A DNA stretch of 64,000 nt. It comes from an uncultured Ignavibacteria bacterium. GTDB lineage: Bacteria > Zixibacteria > MSB-5A5 > SM1-73. A program made the translations under genes and the position numbers. Each line of letters starts with the position of its first letter. Position 1 is the first letter of the stretch. The stretch lies in the NCBI GenBank assembly GCA_964580215.1, contig CAZOJT010000009.1, forward strand, positions 15,991 to 79,990, read 5' to 3'. The notes below the pieces were generated by a model that ran no database searches, was not told the origin of the DNA, and saw nothing but the letters and a program-made list of their open reading frames with translations. Positions 1-10,118 of the stretch are shown here, one piece after another.

Positions 1-269
1 CCGGCGACCCTCCTTAGATTCGTCTCTATTTTCAGATATGACTGAGGTTATTCATTTCGTTCAAAGTTTGGTCTGTGTCTTTCTTGTGCGGTATCATCCC
101 TCTCATCCAGAACGGTTGAAAAGTCTTTTTGAGCTTTTCGATTCTTTGAGCAGTCACATGTGGATTGAAAGGGAGTTTACCTTTCAAACTTTGTTTTTTT
201 GGTTTTTCGTCGGTTAACCGCAGGAAGTTATCCATAATTGCTCCTTTGTGTATCACACACATACGGATT

Positions 270-2138
270 TTATTTCAAAAGAATCATCTTGTTGGTCTTC
301 TCAAAACCCTCAGTAGAAAGCTGGTAAAAGTAAATTCCGCTTGAAACAGGACTTCCCTGCTGATTGGTGCCGTCCCAAGTTATCGTATAAATTCCTCTTT
401 TTTGTTCTTGATCCACTAAGGTTTGAGTCTTTTGTCCTAAGACGTTAAAGATCTCCAGCTTGATGTGTCCATCCTGGGGAACAAAATATTCGATCTCAGT
501 TATGGGATTGAAGGGATTGGGATAGTTCTGTTTTAGCTCATAATTTGAAGGCAGATTTTCTGTCAATTCTTCTCCGACATCTGCCGGGCTGACAAAAAAG
601 TCGCAGGTCATGATAGGACCCGAATTAGAGATGTCCTCCACTGCTACATAGGTTTCCGTTTCCGCATAGCTGTGGCTGTTGGGAGTAGAGCTTCCGTTGA
701 ATATCCTCCGATCCAGACTTCCGGGATAAGGATCGTTCGAGTAATCTACATAGCCAAAGGGAACAGTCGATTCTAACTCCCATAATCCGTCAGATTGCTC
801 TAAAGCCACCTTATAGTGGCCTTGCGTAGTATGTCCCGGATACCATTCATCATCGTTTGCTCCATAATCACCGATGCTCTCATCCACATGCCAGATCAAA
901 AGCCCATGATAGGGGAGTGCCGAATCGTAGCCTGTCTTCTGTCTGTTTACTACAAGAAAGTATTCACTTAGTGGGGAACCAGAGGTCCAGAGCTTGTAGA
1001 CGACAGGAGAGTTCTCAATGGCTGGAATCTCTATTCCGCTGGTGTTGCTGGTAACCACGGTGGCAGACACGTATCCCAATCTGGTCATACACCAGGCATC
1101 CGGATGGGCAGGGGAGCTACCCAGATAACCGTTCCAGCTTCCCCCAGCCATCAGGCTCCATTGTCCTATTCCGTATGAACTGTAATCTGTGTCGTAAAGG
1201 TCGGGCAGTCCAAAAACATGACCTAACTCATGACAGTAAACTCCGCAGGTCATGTCATAATACGATAGCCAGTATTCCGGCTGCATGGTATATTCCCATA
1301 CCCTCACCCCATCCTTTAGGTTGGATGTGGACCAAGACCAGGTGACCCCCCATTTATGTGACCAGATGTGGTTGGGATTTTGGGTCAATTCCGCCCCCTG
1401 ACCCGCGTGGACCACGATCAGAGCATCCACGTATCCATCAAAATCGTTGTCGTATTGGGAGAAATCCACAACCGGGTCCACAAGATCCGCCAGATCCTCC
1501 ACCAGTTTTTGGCAATTTCGAGGATAGCTTCCCAGTCCGTGCTCTCCGTCAACGTAATATGCATACGTCTCCGGAGCAGTATTCCAACCGGTGGTAGAAG
1601 GTAGATTGACCGTAATAATATCCAGCGCTCCGTAAGAAACCTCTTGATAATAGTGGCGCACACACCCCTGTTGGTTTTCAAAGATCAAAGTGTCGAAAAA
1701 TGATCCATTGACTGAAGAAGAATTATCCGAAAATTCCACCAGGAGGACTAAAACTTTGTATTCTCCCACCGGACCAGTGCCGGCAGGATAGGTTTCGCTT
1801 ATAGGATGCAGGCTGGGTTGATCAATCCCGGTCTCCTGCATAAATTGGGGACTAAGAAGATGCTCTGGCACAGAAACCTCCCCCAATCTCATCTTATTTT
1901 CCAGATCCGGATGAGGTGGCATGGCAAAGGATTTAAAACTTGTCACAGCTAATAAGAACATAACCAAAAATATGCGTAATAGGAGATTCAAAGCAGGTTT
2001 GACGGTATCGATGCTGGAAGTGCGAAGCTTGAAACTAAAATGAGTAACTGTCGAGGTTCGAGATTCAAGTATCGAGCCTCCATACGAGTTTCGCCAACGA
2101 TAGCCGAGCTTCGAGCAAATTTCATCTTCATTTCTCAT
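270..2138 (-). CDS. M6-family (immune inhibitor A-like) zinc metalloprotease with T9SS (Por) C-terminal sorting domain
   Basis: HEXXH motif HELGHVFGLPDLYD. C-terminus KQNYPNPFNP...IYFYQL...KMILLK is a classic type-A Por_Secre_tail. A hydrophobic signal-like segment lies near residue 60, so the true start may be internal or non-ATG. Confidence 0.75.
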   Translation of the reverse strand: MRNEDEICSKLGYRWRNSYGGSILESRTSTVTHFSFKLRTSSIDTVKPALNLLLRIFLVMFLLAVTSFKSFAMPPHPDLENKMRLGEVSVPEHLLSPQFMQETGIDQPSLHPISETYPAGTGPVGEYKVLVLLVEFSDNSSSVNGSFFDTLIFENQQGCVRHYYQEVSYGALDIITVNLPSTTGWNTAPETYAYYVDGEHGLGSYPRNCQKLVEDLADLVDPVVDFSQYDNDFDGYVDALIVVHAGQGAELTQNPNHIWSHKWGVTWSWSTSNLKDGVRVWEYTMQPEYWLSYYDMTCGVYCHELGHVFGLPDLYDTDYSSYGIGQWSLMAGGSWNGYLGSSPAHPDAWCMTRLGYVSATVVTSNTSGIEIPAIENSPVVYKLWTSGSPLSEYFLVVNRQKTGYDSALPYHGLLIWHVDESIGDYGANDDEWYPGHTTQGHYKVALEQSDGLWELESTVPFGYVDYSNDPYPGSLDRRIFNGSSTPNSHSYAETETYVAVEDISNSGPIMTCDFFVSPADVGEELTENLPSNYELKQNYPNPFNPITEIEYFVPQDGHIKLEIFNVLGQKTQTLVDQEQKRGIYTITWDGTNQQGSPVSSGIYFYQLSTEGFEKTNKMILLK

Positions 2139-2387
2139 CTTTTCCTCCCCTTTTTCGATCCAAATATCTTAGAAACCATCAAAGACTTCAGCCAAATCAG
2201 CTAATTGCAGGAGCTATCCTCAGGTATTTTTAGGTGGTGTCCCGAACCGAATCGGGCTCGGGACGCCACCCGACCTGAGATCCGGAGAGTTATTTCTTAG
2301 TCTTTCTTCGGGTAGTCACTCTCTTTCTCCGGGTAGTGGTCTTGCGAGTGTTTCTGGTTTTCCGCATTCGTATCACCCCCTTTTTGT

Positions 2388-3635
2388 TTAGAAGTGGAAG
2401 CCATTGGAGATGGCTAAATTAATTCCCTTGCTTCTGGTGGGCCACAATCCTTTTTGAACAGCTATGCCAATGTCCAGATGATATGCACCTAGATTGAATC
2501 CCAGTCCATTGGCAACGGTCACACCTTCATTTCCTCCTATCGAGATGCCACCCCGCACATCCAACCAGTTCAAAAGTCCATATTCTGCTCCAAGAGAAAC
2601 TCTCAACTTTTTGGATACGCCCATCCCCTTTTTGAAACCCTGTTTTAGATCAAAAGCCCAAAGCGACCTTTTACCCTGATAGGCCACTCCCACATGTATG
2701 AGTGTGGGCATGTGGGTGATAAAGGGATCAATCTCTTCGGTATAAGAATGTTCCGTGACCAAGGAATCCACATCAAAGTTCTCCGCTAAAAGTGAGTCTA
2801 TTTGCACCTGATATCCTCTTTTTTCAGTCTTTTGATCCCATTTGATTCGGTTTATCAGATTGATAAATGACAAGCCGAAGATCCAGTTTTCCTTATATTT
2901 GAAAGCCAGCCCAAAGTCCAACCCATATCCCTTTCCACCTTCAGCCGACTGGAGGACGAAATCACCTTCCCCAGTTACTCCGGTCTCTAAAGCGAAGACT
3001 TCACCTTCTGCTTCTTTCACCTTTTGATAGATCAATCCTCGGATGTACCTTGTATTTATTCCACACAAAATTTCTTTTCCCTCTTTTTTCCAAAGGGATC
3101 TACCATAGGAAAGCCCCACATCCACCGAGGCGAAAGCTTCTCCATCCGAGCCGGAGAAAAGTATGGTATCGTTGATTTCATTTCCGAAAAAGAGAACATG
3201 AATTGGGTCTTTGGGAAGGAGAAGATCAGATGTCCCTCTTCCTGAAACGGTGAAAGCGAAATTCCCCCAAGAGATGCCCAGAGCTGAAACATCAACATTC
3301 AATGAAAGGTTTAACCCTTCTTCGGGGATCAAATTCAAAATGGTCTGCTTGTCCTCAGAAGTAAGAAACTCACCATTGTATTGGTTATACTGCTTAAGAT
3401 TGAAGCTATTGTTGTATACATTTATACTTAAAGAAAATAGCATGAGGTTTTTTTCTGAGCCTTTTGAAAATCCCAAGTTGGCAGGATTCCAGAAGACCGA
3501 CTCCACTCCCCGGGCGATCTGAGTATAAGCTCCCGCCATTCCCATACTTCTGCCCGAGGATAACCCGAAGGCGAAAAGCGGCTGACCGGTGAGCAAAGTT
3601 AAACTAAGTGTCAGAATAAATAATTTAAACCTCAT
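2388..3635 (-). CDS. outer-membrane beta-barrel protein, PorV/FadL-like
   Basis: Signal peptide. N-terminal motif GRSMGMAGAYTQIARGVESVFWNPANL is typical of PorV/FadL-like OMPs. Ends in an aromatic residue (…NGFHF). It sits between a large secreted protein and a T9SS cargo gene. Confidence 0.45.
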   Translation of the reverse strand: MRFKLFILTLSLTLLTGQPLFAFGLSSGRSMGMAGAYTQIARGVESVFWNPANLGFSKGSEKNLMLFSLSINVYNNSFNLKQYNQYNGEFLTSEDKQTILNLIPEEGLNLSLNVDVSALGISWGNFAFTVSGRGTSDLLLPKDPIHVLFFGNEINDTILFSGSDGEAFASVDVGLSYGRSLWKKEGKEILCGINTRYIRGLIYQKVKEAEGEVFALETGVTGEGDFVLQSAEGGKGYGLDFGLAFKYKENWIFGLSFINLINRIKWDQKTEKRGYQVQIDSLLAENFDVDSLVTEHSYTEEIDPFITHMPTLIHVGVAYQGKRSLWAFDLKQGFKKGMGVSKKLRVSLGAEYGLLNWLDVRGGISIGGNEGVTVANGLGFNLGAYHLDIGIAVQKGLWPTRSKGINLAISNGFHF

Positions 3636-3640
3636 CTTTT

Positions 3641-5686
3641 TTATTCCTTTTTGTTCTTCACATCCAACTCTAAATAAGAGGTTATCTTTATGAAGTCTGC
3701 CGCGGAAGCCTTAATCGTTTGTCCATTAGTCCCCGGAAAATCAATGTATCCCGCCATGTAAAATGGTAAACTCGTAAATACCTGAAGCTCCTGGTGAGTT
3801 ACATTTATCTCGGTTTGAGAGGAATTTGATTCCTTCACAGAACCATCATAGTTTAGCTCCCCTCCCGGAATATTCACCGGACCGATGACCACATCCGGAT
3901 TGGAAAAGAGATCTTCCCGGTTCCGGGAGAAAAATATCTTTGCTTCTGCCTCCAAGGGGAGGTGGCTTTCCATTTTTAAGATCACCTTGCCGAAGTTGAT
4001 CTGATCCTCGATCAATTCCTTCACATCATCGTCCACCTCATCGGAGTCTTTATCTATCTGCACCTGACAGGAGTCCAGAATCAACTCCCAAGGAGAGCTA
4101 ACTATTATTTTGCCAAAGAAGAAATCCTCCTCACCAACTATATCGAAAGATTGACCATCTCCGCAGATGATTTCTCCTGTAACGGTGAGGGTCTGAGGAA
4201 CCGGATTTAAGAGGGATTCCAACTGATCTTCGAAGATGGAGGTGACTGCGGTTCCAAAAGGACCGCTTGCTTCAATCTCTGCCTGAAGGCTAAGATTTTG
4301 TCCTTTCTCCCCAAGGATCGTCACAGACAAATTAGCTGGAAGATCGACACCGTTATGAATTTCCAGATTCAAGCTGGCATTGGTTAGATGTGCCGATTCA
4401 AAACCCGGAGGAATTTCGAGTTGACGGGTGATCTGCTCTATCTCCACCCGGGTCGACTCAATTATTCCGCAAACTTGGCTAAAGACTATCTCTGAAACAA
4501 TTATATCCACACTGACTGAATCTGAAGAGTTAAAGTCAATCAAACCCCCTTCTGATCCGGGCGACCAAACCTTCGTCTGGCCTCTAACCTGGTTCCCTTC
4601 CACCGGTCTGAAGGTGTATCCATCCAGAACCAGACTGATATCAAAATGGCCGGAAGCTGGCAGGTAGCGCACCACAGATAAGATCTGGTCATCCTTTTCT
4701 AATTCCGGAAAGTCTACTTGCACATCCGCCCCTAACTTGATGAAATTGTGCAGACTCAAAAGAACTTTTCCACTTTTGATCCGGGCACTGTCGATAATGC
4801 TATTGGTAGGAAGGGATATCGTTTCCTCTTTGGATAAATCAAAAGAAGGAACTTTAGCTGTTCCTTGGATAACTTTTAAACTATCCAGGCTGAAATCTAA
4901 AAGCAGATATTTGTCCTCCAGAGATTGAATTTCTCCACCAGGAGTGGATGCCTTAATTTGAAGTCCCAATCGGTTGGAGAATGTTTTGTCAATAAAGATT
5001 ACGTCTTGGGTATTTGAGTCACAATCATCGATCCCATGGGGGGAAGTTATGGTATGCAAAGTATCCTGGAAGCTTCGATCGATTATCTTGATCTGAACGA
5101 AATTAAGATCCAAGCCCAGTTGGTTTCTCACCGTTAAAGTGGCGAAAGCTTCTTTAACCATAACCTGCGAGAAGGTGGAGAAAGTATCAAGATCCTCTTC
5201 TATGGTGGCGCTACAAGGCGGTACGTAACCAGGTGGCCCATCGTAGAATTTCGTTACACAAAATTCCATCTTTCGGGATTCCGAAGTGTGAATGTTTATG
5301 ATTCCCAGCGTGTCCTTAAAGTTGACAGAAGTGGAATCACAGCGCAACTTGTCCACCAATTTGATTGTGTCCAACTCCTCCTCAAAATAGAAGACAGGAT
5401 TTCCCAGACTGTCGAGTTTAAGGTATGGTTCATCTATTTTATCTATTAAGGTTTCCATGTCGTAATACCTGTTTACCAGCGGCACACTTAACTTCACATT
5501 CCAGGTGGGGGCAGCGGGCTTGTTTATGGAACACTGGAGGATCAGAAAAGAGAAAAAAGCAATCAAAAGTAATGCCCGGAATGAAAACCGAAGTTTGATC
5601 CTTTTTCCAGGTTCTATGGGTCCTGCGATATGAACCGTATGGTTCACACCTGCGGACTTCTTATTAGAAATCATCCTGCTCCTCAA
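3641..5686 (-). CDS. large secreted/membrane-anchored hypothetical protein (681 aa)
   Basis: Long ORF with an N-terminal hydrophobic anchor (LLLIAFFSFLILQCS). Only 5 bp separate it from the downstream OMP gene. No recognisable catalytic motif. Confidence 0.5.
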   Translation of the reverse strand: MRSRMISNKKSAGVNHTVHIAGPIEPGKRIKLRFSFRALLLIAFFSFLILQCSINKPAAPTWNVKLSVPLVNRYYDMETLIDKIDEPYLKLDSLGNPVFYFEEELDTIKLVDKLRCDSTSVNFKDTLGIINIHTSESRKMEFCVTKFYDGPPGYVPPCSATIEEDLDTFSTFSQVMVKEAFATLTVRNQLGLDLNFVQIKIIDRSFQDTLHTITSPHGIDDCDSNTQDVIFIDKTFSNRLGLQIKASTPGGEIQSLEDKYLLLDFSLDSLKVIQGTAKVPSFDLSKEETISLPTNSIIDSARIKSGKVLLSLHNFIKLGADVQVDFPELEKDDQILSVVRYLPASGHFDISLVLDGYTFRPVEGNQVRGQTKVWSPGSEGGLIDFNSSDSVSVDIIVSEIVFSQVCGIIESTRVEIEQITRQLEIPPGFESAHLTNASLNLEIHNGVDLPANLSVTILGEKGQNLSLQAEIEASGPFGTAVTSIFEDQLESLLNPVPQTLTVTGEIICGDGQSFDIVGEEDFFFGKIIVSSPWELILDSCQVQIDKDSDEVDDDVKELIEDQINFGKVILKMESHLPLEAEAKIFFSRNREDLFSNPDVVIGPVNIPGGELNYDGSVKESNSSQTEINVTHQELQVFTSLPFYMAGYIDFPGTNGQTIKASAADFIKITSYLELDVKNKKE

Positions 5687-5766
5687 GTGTGAAATAATTA
5701 CCTATCTTTATGTCCAGTTAGAGTGAAAATTCATAGCTTGGTTTTGTTACCAAAAGTTTTTGAGAG

Positions 5767-5889
5767 CTCTGAAAAAGTTATTTTTGCGGGGTTGGGAGCC
5801 CCGCCTACGCGGGTCTAAGTCATTGTTATTTAATACCCAACCGCGTAGGGCGGGCTCTTAGCCCGCCGAACCCTGGCACTTTTTCAGAG
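5767..5889. repeat. MITE-like element copy A (CTCTGAAAAAG...CTTTTTCAGAG ends, internal CCCGCCTACGCGGG/CCGCGTAGGGCGGG hairpin)
   Basis: About 85% identical to the second copy at 34117-34234. Has terminal inverted repeats and internal long inverted repeats. Confidence 0.7.
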
Positions 5890-6740
5890 ACCTCTTTTTG
5901 GGAACGAATCCTGTAGGGGGCTTAAACAATCATAGGCAATTGGTGTGCCGAAGTGAGATAGAGCTTGAGAAATTGATTTAAGTGTTTCGGCTAACTCTTT
6001 TCCTGATTGTTGATTAGCAAAGACAACGTAAAGAGGAAGAAGGTTAAAGAAACTTTCAAAAATTAGGCGAACTTGTGGGATTTCTTCAACAACCTATGGG
6101 CGACAATCCAACTTTCTCGTTTTACCTAATTTAGGTTATAGACAGAGAGTCAAAAAGGGTTTAGGGGATTTATTAAGTTACTTGTTCCTATGTTTTGCTC
6201 TGGCGAGATAAGAGTTATTGCTCGAGGATAATTCTTCGATTTTATTAAAAGATTTCGCTTCAAACCAAAAATCCTGACGTTATTTTTTTATTTTTTTCTC
6301 TTGACAAGAGAGTAATTCGAGGTAAATTACTTTTGAATAACATACATAGTTGATGCTCTTTGAGGATTGGAATCTACTGCAAACCTATAATAAATAATGG
6401 GAATGCACAATTTGTTCGGTTGTTAGAGCCATTCATATTCTTAGCAGGGATTATATAGGAAAGCAAGTTTGTTTTAGAAGATCTGAGGCAGTATTATGTA
6501 GGGACAGGGCTTGTCCCTGTCCTAACTTTAAGAAGGACAGCCACAAGGGCTGTCCCTACGACAATCTTTTTCAGCGAAAATTAAAGTAATTGGTTTTACC
6601 CGTTTAGTTAAGTAAAAAGTTATTTTAAAAATGTTTAGTTATATAAGGGGTATATTGCGCCCTTTTCTCGTTCGTTTTAAGTTGTTGAAATTCAAGGAAT
6701 TAACTCGAACCCTTTATTCTTTCAAAGGAGGCGTAAAACA

Positions 6741-8480
6741 ATGAAATCAGCCAAACTATGTGTTTTGATGGTGGGGCTTTTTTTGCTTCTTGGCTCAACA
6801 TTTGGCGGGGTTGATCAAGCTTTTGCGCAACATGAATTCATTCGTGGGGATGCAGATGGTGATTGCCTGGTGGGCTTTAATGATATGGCTTACCTTGACG
6901 GGTATTTGTATCATGGCTGTCCGGACCCTCCGTGCATGGATGCTGGCGATGCTAATGACGATGGAGTCGTAGATTTAGGGGATATGCTCCACCTGATTAA
7001 TTACTTGTTTAAGGGTGGTTCTGAGCCCCCTCCGCCTTTTCCCGAACCAGGTACCGATCCGACCCCGGATGGCTTGGATTGTTTAGCAGAGTGCGTTCCA
7101 CTTCCCCCCGACCCTGTGGATTTTCTGATTGCAGGAGATGCATCAGTATGTGAAGAAACTGAGGTGGTTGTCTCCATAACTGCTGAGAATAGTGAAGCTT
7201 TGTATGGATATCAGATTTTTTTACAGTATGATGAAAATATCTTGGAGGCAACAGATGTGGAGATAAGCGGGACGCTGGATCCAGATGTATTTGAATACAT
7301 CATATATGTTGCTGGAGAGGTTGAAATTGTGTGTATAGTTGATTGCGACGAGGCGGAGAATATACCAGCGGGTACGAATGAATTGGTAGAGATCACATTT
7401 TCAGTAGATCCGGAGGCTCCCCCGGGAGCAACATCCCTGGATTTGAACAATGTGATAGCAGTACCTTTCAGAGGCAATCTTTTCACCTATGCCGGAGGTA
7501 AGGTTTATCCTAATTTGACTGACGGTAATTTTACTGTCGTACCTAACGTGTCCATCGCCTCAGTTACTGACGTAGGCAACGATCAGGGTAGACAAGTCAG
7601 AGTCAACTGGAATCGCTCTTGTTATGATCTTGTGGGTTCGCCGGTTACCATCACCGAATATGGCATCTGGAGAAGGATCGACGATGACAAAGCTCATGGT
7701 CAAAGCGAGGAAATTTTCCCATCTTATTCAGGAATGCTTGATGTGGGCCGGGATTATCCTCCGGGTGATTGGGATTTCATTAAGACCGTTCCGGCGCGGG
7801 GTGAGGAAACTTACAATACCGTATGTCCCACCTTAGGCGATTACACTGAAGAACAAGGCATCTACTGGTCGGTCTTTTTTGTCTCCGCCATGACCTCTGA
7901 TCCTTTAATCTACTATGACTCTAATCCAGAAAGCGGTTATTCCGAGGATAACATTCCGCCTCTGCCAATTCAGGATTTCAACCTCGATCCCAACTCCTGG
8001 TTTACCCTGGAATGGACTGTTCCGGGCGAATATGTGGGAGAGCAACCCATCGCCACCTATAATATTAGATATAGCACCACCCCGGTTGGTGCTGACACTC
8101 AGGCTTGGTGGGATGATGCAGAGGCTTGTGCTGGTGAAGGATTCTTCAATCTCATAGTAGGAGAGGAGGACAGCCTTCAGGTGTCAATGGAAAGTTCCTG
8201 TCATCCTGAGTGCTATTTTGCCATCAAAGGTTTGGACAGCCGACCAAATGTTTCGGGAATTTCCAACATCGTTCATTTCCTGTGTGGTGATGCTAAGAGC
8301 GATGGAGTGGTGGACCTTGGTGATGTGCTCCATGTGATCAATTACCTGTACAAAGGTGGACCTCCTCCTGAACCCATGTCAGCCGGAGACGCCACCTGCG
8401 ACGGGGTAATTGATTTAGGTGATCTGCTGCATCTAATCAATTATCTCTATAAAGGTGGGCCACCACCGTGTGGTTCATAA
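6741..8480 (+). CDS. secreted protein with N- and C-terminal dockerin-like Ca-binding repeat pairs and a central cohesin-like beta domain
   Basis: Signal peptide. Repeated D-x-D/N-x-D-G-x-V/I-D-L-G-D-x-L-H-x-I-N-Y-L-x-K-G-G segments occur at residues ~35-95 and ~515-575. An SD (aaggagg) precedes the ATG. Confidence 0.7.
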   Translation: MKSAKLCVLMVGLFLLLGSTFGGVDQAFAQHEFIRGDADGDCLVGFNDMAYLDGYLYHGCPDPPCMDAGDANDDGVVDLGDMLHLINYLFKGGSEPPPPFPEPGTDPTPDGLDCLAECVPLPPDPVDFLIAGDASVCEETEVVVSITAENSEALYGYQIFLQYDENILEATDVEISGTLDPDVFEYIIYVAGEVEIVCIVDCDEAENIPAGTNELVEITFSVDPEAPPGATSLDLNNVIAVPFRGNLFTYAGGKVYPNLTDGNFTVVPNVSIASVTDVGNDQGRQVRVNWNRSCYDLVGSPVTITEYGIWRRIDDDKAHGQSEEIFPSYSGMLDVGRDYPPGDWDFIKTVPARGEETYNTVCPTLGDYTEEQGIYWSVFFVSAMTSDPLIYYDSNPESGYSEDNIPPLPIQDFNLDPNSWFTLEWTVPGEYVGEQPIATYNIRYSTTPVGADTQAWWDDAEACAGEGFFNLIVGEEDSLQVSMESSCHPECYFAIKGLDSRPNVSGISNIVHFLCGDAKSDGVVDLGDVLHVINYLYKGGPPPEPMSAGDATCDGVIDLGDLLHLINYLYKGGPPPCGS

Positions 8481-8496
8481 GCATCTTAAACTCAGA

Positions 8497-8540
8497 AGAG
8501 GTGGGTTCCCGCCAATGTGGGACACCCACCTCTTTTTATT
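8497..8540 (+). terminator. rho-independent terminator after the dockerin gene
   Basis: agaggtgggt...acccacctct stem followed by TTTTTATT. Confidence 0.6.
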
Positions 8541-8852
8541 GTCTGTTTGTAGTTGCCCCATTCATGGGGCGTGTTTAGCTCAATAAATTGAGCAACTACA
8601 TTTACCCCCAGATCGGACAGGAATTGCACCTCTGTCCGCCCAGACGGGCGGTCGTCTGACCGGATAGAGGGGTGGGGGTACAACCCCCGCCCCAACAAGG
8701 GCTCAATAAATTGAGCAACGACATTTATCCGATTGTAATTACAAATTCCTTCAGATCATAACAACACTGTTTTCCGGATATAGGAGCTTACAATCCATTT
8801 CCATCTTTCTCTCTGAAGAAATAGTTTTCTAAAAAAAACAGAAAGAATTAAC

Positions 8853-8881
8853 TTGACAACCCTAGGTGAGCTTGTTATTTA
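8853..8881 (+). promoter_or_regulatory. candidate sigma70 promoter of the nuo operon
   Basis: TTGACA, 17-nt spacer, TATTTA, lying ~25 nt upstream of the nuoA start region. Confidence 0.35.
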
Positions 8882-9282
8882 TTTCACAAACTTTTGAAGG
8901 AATGGATATGTTTGAAGTCTATTTTCCAATTTTTGTTTTGATATTTGTGGTGACCGGGATGGCGCTTGTGATTTTGGCTTTTTCCTATTTGTTCGGAAGA
9001 AGGGTTCCCACCAAAGATAAGCTTTCCACCTATGAGTGTGGGAAACAACCCATCGAGGATGCCAGAGGAAGATTCTCGGTGAAATTTTATTTAATCGCAA
9101 TCCTCTTCATCATCTTTGATATAGAGGTGGTGTTTCTGTATCCCTGGGCGGTTATTTACAGAAAGCTTGGCCTTTTCGGCTTGATAGAGATGGGAATCTT
9201 TCTTTTGATCCTTCTGGTAGGATATTTTTACATAATCAAAAAGGGTGCGTTGAAATGGGAGGAGAGTGAAGAGGTTAGTTAA
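8866..9282 (+). CDS. nuoA: NADH-quinone oxidoreductase subunit A
   Basis: Three TM helices and conserved motifs YECG, FD(I/V)E, FLYPWA. The true start is probably at 8905 or 8911. Confidence 0.85.
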   Translation: MSLLFISQTFEGMDMFEVYFPIFVLIFVVTGMALVILAFSYLFGRRVPTKDKLSTYECGKQPIEDARGRFSVKFYLIAILFIIFDIEVVFLYPWAVIYRKLGLFGLIEMGIFLLILLVGYFYIIKKGALKWEESEEVS

Positions 9283-9480
9283 TACAAAAGCAAGGAATAA
9301 GTTTACTTACCCCTTATCCTCCCAGACGAGCAGTCGCTCCCGTCTGGGGGTCTCCGTAACTCTCTCCCGCAAGGGGAGAGGGGACTTCCCAGACGAGTCT
9401 CCGTCATAAATTTTCCCCTCCCTCGATGGAAGGGGGTGAGGGGAAGGGTGATTATGTCAGTTTATTTAATTGGTTCGTTA
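9283..9480. repeat. REP/MITE-like palindromic element (CCCCTCACC...CTCTCCCGCAAGGGGAGAGG...GGGGTGAGGGG family)
   Basis: Shares a ~150-bp consensus with 16397-16550. Contains nested palindromes (cccagacg…cgtctggg). The ORF track's N-terminal extension of nuoB is a translation of this repeat. Confidence 0.6.
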
Positions 9481-9497
9481 TCGTAAGGCAGAAAAAA

Positions 9498-9983
9498 ATG
9501 GGATTGGAAGAACATATACCAAGAGGTATTCTTTTGACCACCGTAGAAAAAGCGGTTAACTGGTCGAGAAAATCTTCTGTATGGCCACTGGGTTTCGGCT
9601 TAGCCTGCTGTGCCATAGAGATGATGGCAACTGCCGCCTCTCGTTTTGATATATCGCGTTTCGGAATGGAGGTCTTCAGATCCTCCCCCCGTCAAGCGGA
9701 TTTGATGATCGTGGCAGGTCGGGTTTCCAATAAGATGGCTCCCGTGGTTCGACTGCTTTATGAACAGATGTCTGAGCCCAAGTGGGTGATCGCCATGGGC
9801 GCTTGTGCATCCAGCGGAGGAGTGTTTAACAATTATGCTATCGTTCAAGGTGTAGACAAAATCATCCCGGTGGATATCTATATCCCCGGATGTCCTCCCA
9901 GGCCAGAACAGTTGTTAGAAGGGATCATGAAATTGCATAAGAAAATAGAGAAGGAGTCATTGAGAAAAAGGTCAACGGATTGA
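9498..9983 (+). CDS. nuoB: NADH-quinone oxidoreductase subunit B (20 kDa, Fe-S N2)
   Basis: CCxxE…GxCxxxGG…CPP cysteine motifs. The start has been moved to the internal Met past the repeat. Confidence 0.9.
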   Translation: MGLEEHIPRGILLTTVEKAVNWSRKSSVWPLGFGLACCAIEMMATAASRFDISRFGMEVFRSSPRQADLMIVAGRVSNKMAPVVRLLYEQMSEPKWVIAMGACASSGGVFNNYAIVQGVDKIIPVDIYIPGCPPRPEQLLEGIMKLHKKIEKESLRKRSTD

Positions 9984-10082
9984 GCGGATGGGTCAACGGA
10001 TTAAACGGATTGAACGGATGAGGTCAACGGATCGAGCGGATGGAACGGATAAGTCAACGGATGAAACGGATTGAACGGATGT
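9970..10082. repeat. tandem array of GGTCAACGGAT/TRARCGGAT units
   Basis: About 10 imperfect units, directly visible. The array starts inside the last codons of nuoB. Confidence 0.8.
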
Positions 10083-10118
10083 GATGCGGGCTGTTAGAAA
10101 GTTACAGGGAGAGTTGAG

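Noticed and set aside
32-262. 76-aa minus-strand ORF at the window edge
   Set aside because: It has no recognisable motif or SD and is partly low-complexity. It could be real but is unsupported, so it is not reported as a feature.
5700-6740. tRNA or other structured RNA genes in the long non-coding stretches (5700-6740, 8480-8866, 45240-45728, 63313-64000)
   Set aside because: No cloverleaf-compatible sequence with a TPsiC-like GTTCRANYC box was found by eye. The structures present are explained by the repeat families.
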